Position numbers and translations under genes: made by a program
Assembly (NCBI GenBank): GCA_963843575.1
Contig: CAWJKZ010000025.1
Span: 128,001-192,000, forward strand
Direction of reading: 5' to 3'
Length of the DNA: 64,000 bases
From: an uncultured Acidobacteriota bacterium
Lineage (GTDB): Bacteria > Acidobacteriota > UBA6911
In this document: positions 1 to 9,653 of the stretch, piece after piece
Position numbering within the stretch: position 1 is the stretch's first letter
Layout of the letters: every line of letters begins with the position of its first letter
Notes under the pieces: generated by a model
Databases searched by the model: none
The model's input: the letters and a program-made list of their open reading frames with translations, nothing else
Told to the model about the DNA's origin: nothing

Positions 1-713
1 CAGACCAGCTGCGGTTTGCGCCCGCGGAATCTCTTGCCGAACAGATCGTGGCAATAGATGCAGCGGTAGGGGCAACCGCGGCTGGTGAATATCTGGATCG
101 CCCTCCGATCGACCGTGGGGAAGCGCACGAAGTCTATGTCGAAGTATCTTTCGATCTCGAGCAGGTGGTAGGCCGGCATAGGAACGGAATCGACGTCCAC
201 GTAGTCGTTGCGGGGCAGGTTGCGGATCACCTGGCCGTCGCGGCGGAACCACAGGCCGGCCACGCCGTCCAGGCCGGCGGCACTGCCCATCCGGTCCAGG
301 AAATCGGTCCAGATGTCCTCGCCCTCGCCGATGCAGATGGAATCGATGCATTCGACCTTCATGACCTGCTCGGGCATGATCGTCGGGTGCTGCCCGCCGA
401 AGATGATGTGGGTTTCCGGCGACACACGGCGGATCAGGTTGGCCGTTTCTACCCCGCCAAGGAACTCGACCGACATGCAGCTCAATCCGGCAATGTCAAA
501 GCGCTCCGCCTGGAGAATGAGGCTCAGTGCGGCCGCGCCGTCCTTTTCCAGCCCGATGTCGACAATACGGGTGCGGTGCCCCCTGCCCTCCGCCACGGCG
601 GCGAGCAGGGTGATGCCAATCGGGATACCGGCGACCACGTCGGCGTACGTGGACCTCGGTCGTATCAGAAGGATGTTTAGTTTTTTGCTCAAGTTACCCA
701 CCCTGGTGCGCAT
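1..713 (-). CDS. B12-binding domain radical SAM protein (partial, runs off the window start)
   Basis: Not in the ORF track. Manual minus-strand translation gives LNILLIRPRSTY...GIPIGITLLAA...FDIAGLSCMS...IIFGGQHPT...ICIGEGE...IFTSRGCPYRCIYC, i.e. a cobalamin-binding domain followed by the CxxxCxxC radical SAM motif. Start is ATG 713 or TTG 692. Confidence 0.88.
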   Translation of the reverse strand, partial: MRTRVGNLSKKLNILLIRPRSTYADVVAGIPIGITLLAAVAEGRGHRTRIVDIGLEKDGAAALSLILQAERFDIAGLSCMSVEFLGGVETANLIRRVSPETHIIFGGQHPTIMPEQVMKVECIDSICIGEGEDIWTDFLDRMGSAAGLDGVAGLWFRRDGQVIRNLPRNDYVDVDSVPMPAYHLLEIERYFDIDFVRFPTVDRRAIQIFTSRGCPYRCIYCHDLFGKRFRGRKPQLV

Positions 714-787
714 TATAGCATGCCGGCCGACAAAACCCGGGATCCGGCTCGCCAGACAATCCCTGAGGCATCGGGCTGAGTCCTCTC

Positions 788-2161
788 TCAGGGTCGGCGG
801 GGCTTGCGGTTCCACCAGTAGAAGAACGGGATGCCGGTCGCAACGACGGCGAGCCCTGAGAGCGACTCCTTCGGTTGATCTCGGAACGACACCAGCAGTA
901 TCCAGCCGCTGACGGCGAGAAACAGCAACGCGGTCCACGGATATCCCCAGCCGGTGTAGGGACGGTCCTGGCCGCGATCCCCTCGGCGCATCACGAAAAC
1001 AGCGGCGACCGCAAGGGCGGAGAACAGGATCATGACCACGCCGGAGAAGGTCAGCAATTGTTCGAACCGGCCGGTGAACAGCAGGACGACCGACCAGACG
1101 CACTGCAGCACGATCGCGTTGGACGGGGTGCCGAAGCGCGGGTGGACCTTCGCAATGGCCTTCGGGAACAGACCGTCCTGCGCCATGGCATAGTAGACGC
1201 GCGGCCCGGCAATCACCATGGCGCTGATCGACCCGAGGATGGTCCCCATGAAGATAATGTTCAGAAACGGGGCGACGTTCAGCCCGAAGAGATTCCGGCT
1301 CGCCAGTTCCGCAATCCGGATGACGCTCGCCATTTCCTGCAACGGAACGGCGTAGATATAGAGCGCGTTCATCGCGACATACAGGACGATCACCACGAGC
1401 GTGCCGTAGATCAAGGCGCGGGGTATGTTGCGGCGTGGGTCCCGGATTTCACCCCCGATATAGGCGGCCGCATTCCAGCCGCTGTAGGAGAACATGACGA
1501 AGATCAGGCCGGACGCCACCGCGGGCATCAACTGCGGCCACCGGGCCATGTCCAGCGCGGGCGCGAAATGGGCCGGATCGCCGCGCCCGAGCAGGAAGCC
1601 GGCGAGGATGAAGACGAGGATCACCCCAACCTTGAACGAGGTTAACCCGACGTGCACCCGTCCCCCGACCCGCACGTTACGGTAGTGCAGCGACGAGAGG
1701 AGGATTATGACGGACGCAGCAACGAGGTGCCCGGGGAGGAACACGCCATGGGGGGCGTCAGGTTCCTGCGTGGACAACACCGGGAAATAAAAGCTGAGGT
1801 ACTCCGTAAATCCCACCGAGGCGGCCGCGATGGGGGCCGAGAAACCCGCAAACAGCGAACCCCACCCGCTCAGGAAAGCCGGAAGTTGCCCGTATGCCTG
1901 CCGCAGGAAGGCATATTCCCCGCCTGCCCGCGGGATGCGCGCGCCGAGTTCCGCGTAACAGAACGCCCCGGCCATGGCGAGTACGCCGCCGACGACCCAG
2001 ATTCCAAGGAGCACCCGCGGATCCGGCAGCCCACGTGCCAGAAGTCCGGAGGTGGTGAATATCCCGACCCCGATCACGTTGGAGATAACCAGCGAGGTGG
2101 CGAGGGCGGGACCCATCAGCCTGGGCAGGACTGTCTGTCGTCCGGTGCTTTCGTCGGTCAT
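788..2161 (-). CDS. APC-family amino acid permease
   Basis: About 12 hydrophobic segments; motifs IGVGIF, YAELG..P.AGGEY, FSYSGWN, EIRDPRRNIP, PRVYYAMAQDG. Start placed at MTDES. Confidence 0.9.
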   Translation of the reverse strand: MTDESTGRQTVLPRLMGPALATSLVISNVIGVGIFTTSGLLARGLPDPRVLLGIWVVGGVLAMAGAFCYAELGARIPRAGGEYAFLRQAYGQLPAFLSGWGSLFAGFSAPIAAASVGFTEYLSFYFPVLSTQEPDAPHGVFLPGHLVAASVIILLSSLHYRNVRVGGRVHVGLTSFKVGVILVFILAGFLLGRGDPAHFAPALDMARWPQLMPAVASGLIFVMFSYSGWNAAAYIGGEIRDPRRNIPRALIYGTLVVIVLYVAMNALYIYAVPLQEMASVIRIAELASRNLFGLNVAPFLNIIFMGTILGSISAMVIAGPRVYYAMAQDGLFPKAIAKVHPRFGTPSNAIVLQCVWSVVLLFTGRFEQLLTFSGVVMILFSALAVAAVFVMRRGDRGQDRPYTGWGYPWTALLFLAVSGWILLVSFRDQPKESLSGLAVVATGIPFFYWWNRKPRRP

Positions 2162-2544
2162 GCCGCGGGTGCCTCCAGGTCTGTCCGGCATTGGTGTGAT
2201 ACCCCGCGGGACTTGACGCAGAGACCCCGGAGGCATGGCAAAACGGATAGCATCTTAACGGAACCCGCTCCGCTTTTCCATGAATCGCATGCCTCCACAC
2301 GCCGCTCCCGATTGCGCAGATTCCAGCTGACTCGCACAATGTCCTGCGCAACTCTTCGGGTCGGCCATGTAATTCCGAGTGCCATGCCTACCCTAGGGAC
2401 CGCGACCGGTGCGGCCGGGAATCTCGTTATCTTTTGAACTTAAGTGAGGCCTGACCTATCATATACAAGGGATTAGACGGAAAAAGACGAGGCAACGGGT
2501 CAATTCAGCGTTTTGCACATAAAAAGGCAGGAGGACGTACACGT

Positions 2545-3483
2545 ATGGGCGCACCGTCGATGGAAACGTATCTGACCGGCAGGGATCCTAACGCAACCCC
2601 GCCGGCAGCACCGAAGGGGACGCGGCCGGGCGGCATAGTGCCGGAATGGTTAAAGACCACGGTCCTGGCATTGCTGGCAGTTGCCGTCGCCTACCTGCTG
2701 TACGACAGCCGCCAATTTCAGCAGAGGAATCAGGCCGACCTCGCCAAAATTAATGAAGAGATAAAACAGCTCGACACCAGCCACAGGGCCGGCGAGGCCA
2801 AGATCATCTCCACCCTGAAGGGTGAGATCAGCCAGGCCCAGGAGGCCGTGGGGCAGACCAAGGCTGAGCTGAAGCGAACAGCCCAGCAGATCCAGTCGGA
2901 AGGGCAGAGGACCAAGGCTGAGCTGAGCCAGGCGCTCTCGACCAAGGCGGACACCGCTCAGGTTCAGGCCGTCCGGACGGAAACCGAGACCAAGATCGGT
3001 CAGGTCAGCTCGGAAGTCGGCGGGGTAAAGAGTGACGTGGTCACCGTCAAGACCGACCTGGCCGGCACCAAGCACGATCTGGAAGGGACACAACGCCAGC
3101 TTGTGGACGTCCGCGAATCCCTTACCGCGGCCGTCGCCAAGAACGCGTCCGAGCTGTCCGAACTGCGCCGCAAGGGCGAGCGCGATTACTTTGAGTTTGA
3201 GATCCCCAAGAAGAATCAGTACACCAAGGTCGAAGACATCCGCCTGGTCCTGACCAAGACCGACGCGAAGAAGGGGAAGTACTCCCTGCAGATCCTGGTC
3301 GACGACAGCAAGCTGGAAAAGAGAGACCGTACGATCAACGAGCCGGTGCAGTTCCTCGTGGGGCGAAACCGGGTTCGGTACGAAGTCGTGGTCAACTGGG
3401 TGCAGAAGGACCGCGCCGGCGGCTACCTCTCGATACCCAAGGACAAGGCCCTCGCCGCCGAGCACGCGACGGCGACGAAGTAG
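2545..3483 (+). CDS. Membrane-anchored coiled-coil hypothetical protein
   Basis: GGAGG RBS; one TM helix (TTVLALLAVAVAYLLY); long heptad-rich region; beta-rich C-terminal domain starting KGERDYFEF; codon usage typical of the window. Confidence 0.75.
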   Translation: MGAPSMETYLTGRDPNATPPAAPKGTRPGGIVPEWLKTTVLALLAVAVAYLLYDSRQFQQRNQADLAKINEEIKQLDTSHRAGEAKIISTLKGEISQAQEAVGQTKAELKRTAQQIQSEGQRTKAELSQALSTKADTAQVQAVRTETETKIGQVSSEVGGVKSDVVTVKTDLAGTKHDLEGTQRQLVDVRESLTAAVAKNASELSELRRKGERDYFEFEIPKKNQYTKVEDIRLVLTKTDAKKGKYSLQILVDDSKLEKRDRTINEPVQFLVGRNRVRYEVVVNWVQKDRAGGYLSIPKDKALAAEHATATK

Positions 3484-3650
3484 GATGGTCTGTCGGGCTT
3501 CGGCCCGGACGTCTTTCGATCTGTGCCGTACCGCAACCGCAATGAACAGTCCCGGGCTGAAGCTGCAGCCACTCGAGCGCGAGGAAGACGTCAACCGCTG
3601 GATAGCCAACACTGAGTTTTGGGCTCGGGGCCCTTTCGGGAGAGTGACGG

Positions 3651-4226
3651 ATGGAGGGATTCACCCGTCGCATCGTTGTCGGGATCTCGGGTTCGAGCAG
3701 TCCCATTTACGGCATCCGCATACTCGAGGCCCTGCGGCGCACGGGGGACATTGAAACACACCTGGTCCTGACCGATGCCGCGCACCGTACCATCGAACTG
3801 GAAACGGACCTGTCTCCGGCGGACGTCGAGGCCCTCGCCCACGTCGTTCACAAGAACCGCGACCTCGCGGCCGCAATCTCAAGCGGTTCCTTCCACACCG
3901 ATGGCATGATTGTCGCCCCCTGCAGCATGCATTCGCTGGGCGAAATCGCGCACGCCATTTCCAGCCAGCTCCTGACACGCGCGGCCGATGTTCACCTGAA
4001 GGAGCGCCGTCCGCTGATCCTGATGGTGCGCGAAACGCCGCTTCACCTCGGACACCTGCGCAACATGGTGCTCGCAGCCGAAATGGGCGCCGTCATCCTG
4101 CCGCCCATCCCAGCCTTCTACCACCGGCCCGTCACCATCGACGACCTCGTCAACCACTCGGTGGGCAAGGCCCTGGACCTCCTCGCCATCCGGCACGAAC
4201 TGTTTCACCGCTGGGAGGGAGCATAG
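3651..4226 (+). CDS. ubiX: Flavin prenyltransferase UbiX
   Basis: IVVGISGSS, ISSGSF, VAPCSM, RAADVHLKERRPLILMVRETP, PPIPAFYHRP motifs. Confidence 0.95.
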   Translation: MEGFTRRIVVGISGSSSPIYGIRILEALRRTGDIETHLVLTDAAHRTIELETDLSPADVEALAHVVHKNRDLAAAISSGSFHTDGMIVAPCSMHSLGEIAHAISSQLLTRAADVHLKERRPLILMVRETPLHLGHLRNMVLAAEMGAVILPPIPAFYHRPVTIDDLVNHSVGKALDLLAIRHELFHRWEGA

Positions 4227-4320
4227 GAGCAATCCGATACGATGCCCGGCCCCCGAATTTCCGGTTGACCTTGCCGTCGCAATCGTAAATCCTGAGCCGC
4301 AACCAGCGAGGGGCTTCCAG

Positions 4321-6054
4321 GTGCCGGAGAGTGTCCGATATCGCAGCGGGGCCGTTCCCGTCCTCATCATCGTCCTCCTGTATCTGGCCGCGGCGGTCCT
4401 GACCGACCCGCGCGGCGAGTTTCCCCTCAACGACGACTGGGCTTACACCCGGTCGGCCTTCAAGTTCGGCTCCGGGGCGGGAATGCAGGTCGACGAGTGG
4501 TCCGCCCCGAGCCTCGTTGGACAGGCCGTCTACGGGGGCGCGCTCGTCCGCCTTTTCGGCGCAAGTTTCACGGTCCTGCGGCTCAGCACGATCGCGCTCT
4601 CGTGCGGCGTCGCGCTGCTGCTGTGGTTTACGCTTGCAGCCCTGCAGGTGCGGCGCGCCGTCTCCTGGGCGGCCGTGCTTTCCTGGATCTTCAACCCCGT
4701 TCAGTTCTGCCTCGCGTTTACGTTCATGACGGAGGTGCCATTCCTGTTTTTCGTTGGGCTCGCCTGTTATCTCTACGCCCTCCACGTCAAGAGCGGGTCG
4801 CGGGCAGCCCTCCTGGGATGCGGGCTTTCCCTGGGCTATGGTTTCCTGATCCGCCAGGTGGCCGTGCTCTTCATGGGCCCGGTCTTGATCGTGCTGCTCG
4901 CCTCGCCAGGCCGGCCGTGGCGGCGCAGGCTGCAGTGCGGGGCGGCCTTCGCGGCAGCATGCGGCGTGTTCGTCGCCGGATATTCCCTCTGGCTTCGGGG
5001 CGCAGGCGGTTCCACTCCGGCCACTCAGAGGAAATACGAGCTGCTCCGGCAGCTCGACGTGGAACAGCTCGCCGGCAATTTCTTCGGGATCATGTTCTAC
5101 CTCTCGTTCATGCTGTTGCCGCTTGCGGCTGCGCTGCTCCCTCACATCTGGCGGTCGTTCGGCGAGTTCGGCCGGCGACTGCGCCTCGGCTGGCCGCTGG
5201 CGATGTGCCTGACCGCCGCAGCGGGCGTGGCCTGGTTTTCGCGATACTCCCTTTCCGTATATCTCCCGTCCCGGGCGTTTCATTCCAGGATGCCGTATCT
5301 GCTCAACGTGTTGTACGACACGGGCCTGGGACCCGTCACGCTGGATCCGACCTACTACGGCCCGCCAGAAACGCCGACCTATCCCGGGGTGTGGCGGGCG
5401 GTCACGCTGCTCGTGGCGGCCGCCGTCGTCCCTCTCGGCTCGGCACTTTTTCTGACCTTCGCGCGCGCGTGGCGGTTGCGGCAGGCGGAGCCGGCCAGGG
5501 CTCAGGTCGCCGCCTGCGCGACAATGGCCCTGCTGGCGGTGGCCGCGTTCGAGATCGTCTTCAGCCACACGCAGGAAGGTGGACTGTTCGACAGGCACAT
5601 CCTTACGGCGGCCCTTCCGGCCCTGATCCTCGCGGCTTTGGCGGCAGGCCGAGGGCGACCCGCGGAGCCCGTCCGGCCGGGGACACGGGCCGAGTGCGCG
5701 GCCGGCTCGGCGGCCTTCCTGGCGCTTGCCCTGCTCGCCTGGTTTTGCGTCGCGGCCACCCACGACTACCTCGCCTGGAACCGCGTCCGGTGGGACATGG
5801 GACGGGAACTGCTGGCGACAGGGGTAGACCCGCTGAATGTCTCCGGCGGCTTCGAGTTCAACGCGTGGTACAACTACGACACGTTTCGGGCGCGGGGCAA
5901 CGTGGGGAAAGTGTACTACTGGTGGTACGATAGCGAAGAGTTCGTGATCGCCATGGCCCCCCAGGAGGGGTATCGGACGGCTCGGGTGCGGTCGTATTAC
6001 TCCTGGGTACACCGCCAGCCCGTCGCGCTGTTCCTGCTGGCAAACGACGAGTGA
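4321..6054 (+). CDS. GT-C fold membrane glycosyltransferase (ArnT/PMT, GT39-like)
   Basis: FPLNDDWAY loop after the first TM helix; FTFMTEVPF; many TM segments. Confidence 0.75.
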   Translation: MPESVRYRSGAVPVLIIVLLYLAAAVLTDPRGEFPLNDDWAYTRSAFKFGSGAGMQVDEWSAPSLVGQAVYGGALVRLFGASFTVLRLSTIALSCGVALLLWFTLAALQVRRAVSWAAVLSWIFNPVQFCLAFTFMTEVPFLFFVGLACYLYALHVKSGSRAALLGCGLSLGYGFLIRQVAVLFMGPVLIVLLASPGRPWRRRLQCGAAFAAACGVFVAGYSLWLRGAGGSTPATQRKYELLRQLDVEQLAGNFFGIMFYLSFMLLPLAAALLPHIWRSFGEFGRRLRLGWPLAMCLTAAAGVAWFSRYSLSVYLPSRAFHSRMPYLLNVLYDTGLGPVTLDPTYYGPPETPTYPGVWRAVTLLVAAAVVPLGSALFLTFARAWRLRQAEPARAQVAACATMALLAVAAFEIVFSHTQEGGLFDRHILTAALPALILAALAAGRGRPAEPVRPGTRAECAAGSAAFLALALLAWFCVAATHDYLAWNRVRWDMGRELLATGVDPLNVSGGFEFNAWYNYDTFRARGNVGKVYYWWYDSEEFVIAMAPQEGYRTARVRSYYSWVHRQPVALFLLANDE

Positions 6055-6148
6055 CAAATCGAGGCAAACCGGGCGCGCGCGGAAATGCCTCCCGGGTCCG
6101 CGTGCCGGGCGCCATCGCCCATTAGCCCCCGCGCCCCTGAGGTCTGCT

Positions 6149-7156
6149 ATGACGTTCAAGGTTCTGGTGACGCGCATCATACCCGAGGAGGGGTTGCAGG
6201 CCATCCGCGAGGTGGCCGACACGACGTTGTGGGAAGAGGAACTGCCGCCGCCGAGGGCCGTCCTTCTAGACGCCGTACGTGAAGCCGACGGACTCCTTTC
6301 GCTCCTCACGGACAAGGTCGACGCCGAACTGATGGACCTGAACCCGCAGCTGAAGGTGGTATCGAACTACGCGGTCGGGTTCGACAACATCGACGTTGCC
6401 GCAGCCACGGCCCGCGGCATCCCGGTAGGAAACACCCCGGGAGTCCTGACTGAGACGACCGCGGACCTCGCATTCGCGCTTCTGATGGCGGCCGGGCGGC
6501 GGGTCGTGGAAGGGGCCGAGTTCGTGCACGCCGGCCGATGGCGGACCTGGGGGCCCAAGCTCCTAACCGGGATGGACATCCACCACGCCACCCTCGGGAT
6601 CATCGGGTTCGGGCGCATAGGCCAGGCCGTGGCGCGCCGCGCCCTCGGTTTCGACATGCGCGTGATTTACCACGACCTCCGCCGGCGCGAAGACCTGGAG
6701 CAGAACATGGCCGTCCGCTACGCGGAGCTGGAGGACCTTTATCGCGAGGCGGATTTCATCTCCGTCCACACGGACTTGAACGAAAGCACCCGCCACATGT
6801 TCAACGCCACGACTTTCGCGCGGATGAAATCGTCCGCAATCCTCGTCAACACGGCCCGCGGCCCGATCGTCGACCCGGCGGCGCTTTACGAAGCGCTTGC
6901 CGACGGGAGAATCCGGGCTGCGGCACTGGACGTCACCGAACCGGAACCCATCGACAGGGACTCCCCGCTGCTCAGCCTCCCCAATTGCCTGGTCGTGCCG
7001 CACATCGCGAGCGCTTCGGTGGCCACCAGGGCCCGGATGGCCGAAATGGCCGCCGCCAACCTGATTGCCGGGCTCAGAGGGGAACGGCTTCCGACCTGCG
7101 TCAATCCGGAGGTGTACGACCGCGGTATCCGGGGGCGCGGCTTCAAGACCCCTTGA
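6149..7156 (+). CDS. gyaR: Glyoxylate reductase / D-glycerate dehydrogenase (2-hydroxyacid dehydrogenase family)
   Basis: AVGFDNID, NTPGVLTETTAD, GFGRIG, VNTARG, LDVTEPEP, PHIASA motifs. Confidence 0.88.
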   Translation: MTFKVLVTRIIPEEGLQAIREVADTTLWEEELPPPRAVLLDAVREADGLLSLLTDKVDAELMDLNPQLKVVSNYAVGFDNIDVAAATARGIPVGNTPGVLTETTADLAFALLMAAGRRVVEGAEFVHAGRWRTWGPKLLTGMDIHHATLGIIGFGRIGQAVARRALGFDMRVIYHDLRRREDLEQNMAVRYAELEDLYREADFISVHTDLNESTRHMFNATTFARMKSSAILVNTARGPIVDPAALYEALADGRIRAAALDVTEPEPIDRDSPLLSLPNCLVVPHIASASVATRARMAEMAAANLIAGLRGERLPTCVNPEVYDRGIRGRGFKTP

Positions 7157-7194
7157 ATCCTCCGAGGTCAGGCCGGGATGCCGCTCGACGCAGT

Positions 7195-8700
7195 TCACGC
7201 GGCGTCGGGGAAGAGCATCGAATCCACAAAGACAGACTCGAACTGCGGGTCGGCCGCGAGGGGCACATGTCTGATGCGGCCGAGGAGGGCGTCGTACTCG
7301 TGTTCGGGTTCAAACAGGGTGAGCTTCGCGCCGAGCAGGGCCGTGTTGCCCGACGGGCACACACGATCCTCGGGGAGTGCGATCAGGCCGATGCGCCGGG
7401 CGCTGGCGCGGTTGATGTAGTTCCCGAACGCCCCGGCCAGAAACATGCATTTCAGATCCCCGGGTTGTGCGCCCCAGGCCTGCAGCAGGAGTTGGATCGC
7501 GGCGGCGATCGCCCCCTTGGCCAGTTGAAGTTCGCGAATATCCGCCTGGACGAGCGAAACCGGCGGGCAGAGTTCCCACCGGTCGCCGCAGTTCAGCCGG
7601 CCGTTTGGCCGGACGACGCCAAGGTCGAGCCCAGCGGCCACGGCGTCGACCAGGCCGCTGCCGCATATCCCCCGGGGCGCGACGCCTCCCAGGACCCGGC
7701 ACTCCGGCCGGCCACCCACCAGCCTGACTTCCGCAACGGCACCGGTTGCCGCCTGCATCCCCATACGGATGCGCGCGCCCTCGAACGCCGGCCCCGCGGC
7801 GGTAGACGCGCAGAGCATGCGCTCACGGTTCCCCACGACCACCTCTCCGTTCGTCCCGAGGTCGACGAGCGCAACCGGCGCTTCGCTCTGCATTATCCGG
7901 GTGGCAAGAATCCCCGCCAGGATGTCGCTGCCGACAAAGCCGCCCAGGCAGGGCAGAAACCGCACGGGGGCCTCCCCGGGGAGATCCCAGTCGAGGTCGG
8001 AGGCCTTAAACACCCTCCCCTCCAGGTGACGCGGTTCGAACGGGTAACTCGCCAGGGGTGCGATGTCGATGCCGCAAAACAGGTGATGCATCGCCGTGTT
8101 CCCCACGATGGCGACGCCGCGCAACGTGCCATGCTGCGGCCCGGCAGCCCGGAGGAGGTTGCCGGCGAGTTCGCCGATTGCCTGACGGATAAGCCGTTGC
8201 AGCCTTTCACGACCGGCGGGCTCCGCCGCAAACTCGATACGGCTCATGATGTCGCTACCGTGGACCACCTGCGGATTGAGGCCCGCCTGCACGCCGAGAA
8301 CGTTGCCGGTGCAAAGGTCGAGAACCTGGCCGACGACCGTAGTCGTCCCCAAATCGACCGCGATCCCGATGCCGTCGCGCGGGACGAATTCGAAAGGCGT
8401 GGAGTCGGCCAGGATGGCCGCCTCCCACTGGCGGATTTCCAGCCTGACGTCTTCGTACACCCGCGAGCGGCAGGCGAGACGCCACCCCTCGGCGATTTCC
8501 CGGGGAGTCAGGATCGCCTCCTCCTCGGTGGTCGCAGGAAGGGTGCCTCTCAATACCCGCACGCGACAGTTGCGGCAGCGGCCCCGGCCACCGCAGGGGA
8601 ACTCGACTCCATAACCGAACAGGACCTCCTGCAGCCTTGCCCCAGCATCGACGTCGAGCGTCCTGCCGAGCGGCTGCAACTCGATGCGGACTCGACTCAT
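7195..8700 (-). CDS. ASKHA-domain [2Fe-2S] protein (DUF4445, RACo-type corrinoid reductive activator)
   Basis: N-terminal CGGRGRCRNC...RLAC ferredoxin; DLGTTT, GSDIMSRI, DLGTNGE, AAGPAFEG, GICGSG, LAKGAI, LAGAFG. Confidence 0.92.
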   Translation of the reverse strand: MSRVRIELQPLGRTLDVDAGARLQEVLFGYGVEFPCGGRGRCRNCRVRVLRGTLPATTEEEAILTPREIAEGWRLACRSRVYEDVRLEIRQWEAAILADSTPFEFVPRDGIGIAVDLGTTTVVGQVLDLCTGNVLGVQAGLNPQVVHGSDIMSRIEFAAEPAGRERLQRLIRQAIGELAGNLLRAAGPQHGTLRGVAIVGNTAMHHLFCGIDIAPLASYPFEPRHLEGRVFKASDLDWDLPGEAPVRFLPCLGGFVGSDILAGILATRIMQSEAPVALVDLGTNGEVVVGNRERMLCASTAAGPAFEGARIRMGMQAATGAVAEVRLVGGRPECRVLGGVAPRGICGSGLVDAVAAGLDLGVVRPNGRLNCGDRWELCPPVSLVQADIRELQLAKGAIAAAIQLLLQAWGAQPGDLKCMFLAGAFGNYINRASARRIGLIALPEDRVCPSGNTALLGAKLTLFEPEHEYDALLGRIRHVPLAADPQFESVFVDSMLFPDAA

Positions 8701-9443
8701 TCTGTCCTCGTGCTCTTGAGTACCCCTTCGTCGTAACTCGGCGCTATCGATTCCCCGGCCTTGACCACAAGAAACTCCCCGCCTCCCCAGGCACCGCTGA
8801 GCAGGCGCTGGATCATCGACATGTCCCCCGCCACCTTCTCGTAAGCCCAGCCCCTGGCTGCGGCGTTCTCCCGGGCGCGGCGTTCGAAGCTCTCGTCGGG
8901 CTCCACGCCCATTTCGATGAAGGTCATTTGACCGTAATTACGTGCGAACTGGCCAAGCTGCTCGTAGAGGAACCTGGCATTGTCCTCGCCGTATTTGGCG
9001 ACAAACTCCTCATAAGTCTTGTCCATGCCAGACTTGTGAGCGATCGACAGCTGGCGGAACTCGCCTTCGGCCTCCCCCCTTTCGATCCAGCCCGTCGTCT
9101 GGTAATAGACTCCCGGGTGGTTTTCGAAGTAATCGAGATACCTCCGGGAACTGCCGAAGAACAAGGTTATGCAGTCATGCGCACGCGGGATCACGATGGG
9201 GGTCGACCTGGCGGTCAGCCCGGCCACGCCGTTGTTGCAGAGCGCGTACCCGAGCAGAATGGCGTCGTACCGACCCGCTTCCACCCTGTCGACGGCTGCC
9301 TGAAGCCGCGCGACCATGTCCGTCGAACCGATATCGTGCAGGCCCTTGGCCAGGAATTCGAGATCGATCGTGTGCGGGGAACGGGCCGCGGCAACGCACA
9401 TCTCCCGGAAAAACACCTCGCAGCTTATCAGCTTGAAACGCAT
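8697..9443 (-). CDS. DUF1638 domain-containing protein
   Basis: ISCEVF, KGLHD, LGYALCNNG, PRAHDCITLF, YYQTTGW. Its stop overlaps the RACo start (ATGA). Start placed at MRFKL. Confidence 0.85.
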   Translation of the reverse strand: MRFKLISCEVFFREMCVAAARSPHTIDLEFLAKGLHDIGSTDMVARLQAAVDRVEAGRYDAILLGYALCNNGVAGLTARSTPIVIPRAHDCITLFFGSSRRYLDYFENHPGVYYQTTGWIERGEAEGEFRQLSIAHKSGMDKTYEEFVAKYGEDNARFLYEQLGQFARNYGQMTFIEMGVEPDESFERRARENAAARGWAYEKVAGDMSMIQRLLSGAWGGGEFLVVKAGESIAPSYDEGVLKSTRTE

Positions 9444-9653
9444 GTTCGGAGGTGGCGCCCCTATATCAGCCCGCAAGCTGCTTCGGTTTAGATCCTGGCC
9501 TTTTCGGTGAGACCCCTGCCGGGTCCGGGACGAGCGCCGAAGGCGCGGCACAGGAGAGTCCAAGGCATAAGCCGGGCGTGAACCCTTGTTATGGGTGAGT
9601 ACAGCAATCTGTGAATTCCAGGAGCGGGCCGCCTCGTGCCGGACGCCCCGTGC

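Noticed and set aside
2369-2385. Sigma54-like TGGCAC element on the minus strand upstream of the permease
   Set aside because: No GC dinucleotide at the -12 position.
3651-4226. ubiX without ubiD as a novel pathway
   Set aside because: ubiX and ubiD are often unlinked; nothing in the window indicates an unusual role.
8697-8700. UGA of DUF1638 as a second selenocysteine codon
   Set aside because: It is an ATGA stop/start overlap, the downstream gene is in another frame, and there is no Cys-type motif context.
4150-8736. Long ORFs 4150..6315 (-) and 6538..8736 (+), and similar ones such as 15714..17834, 41497..43011, 60798..62579 and 62955..63944
   Set aside because: Antisense or alternate-frame shadows of well-supported genes, expected at high GC; no recognisable motifs.
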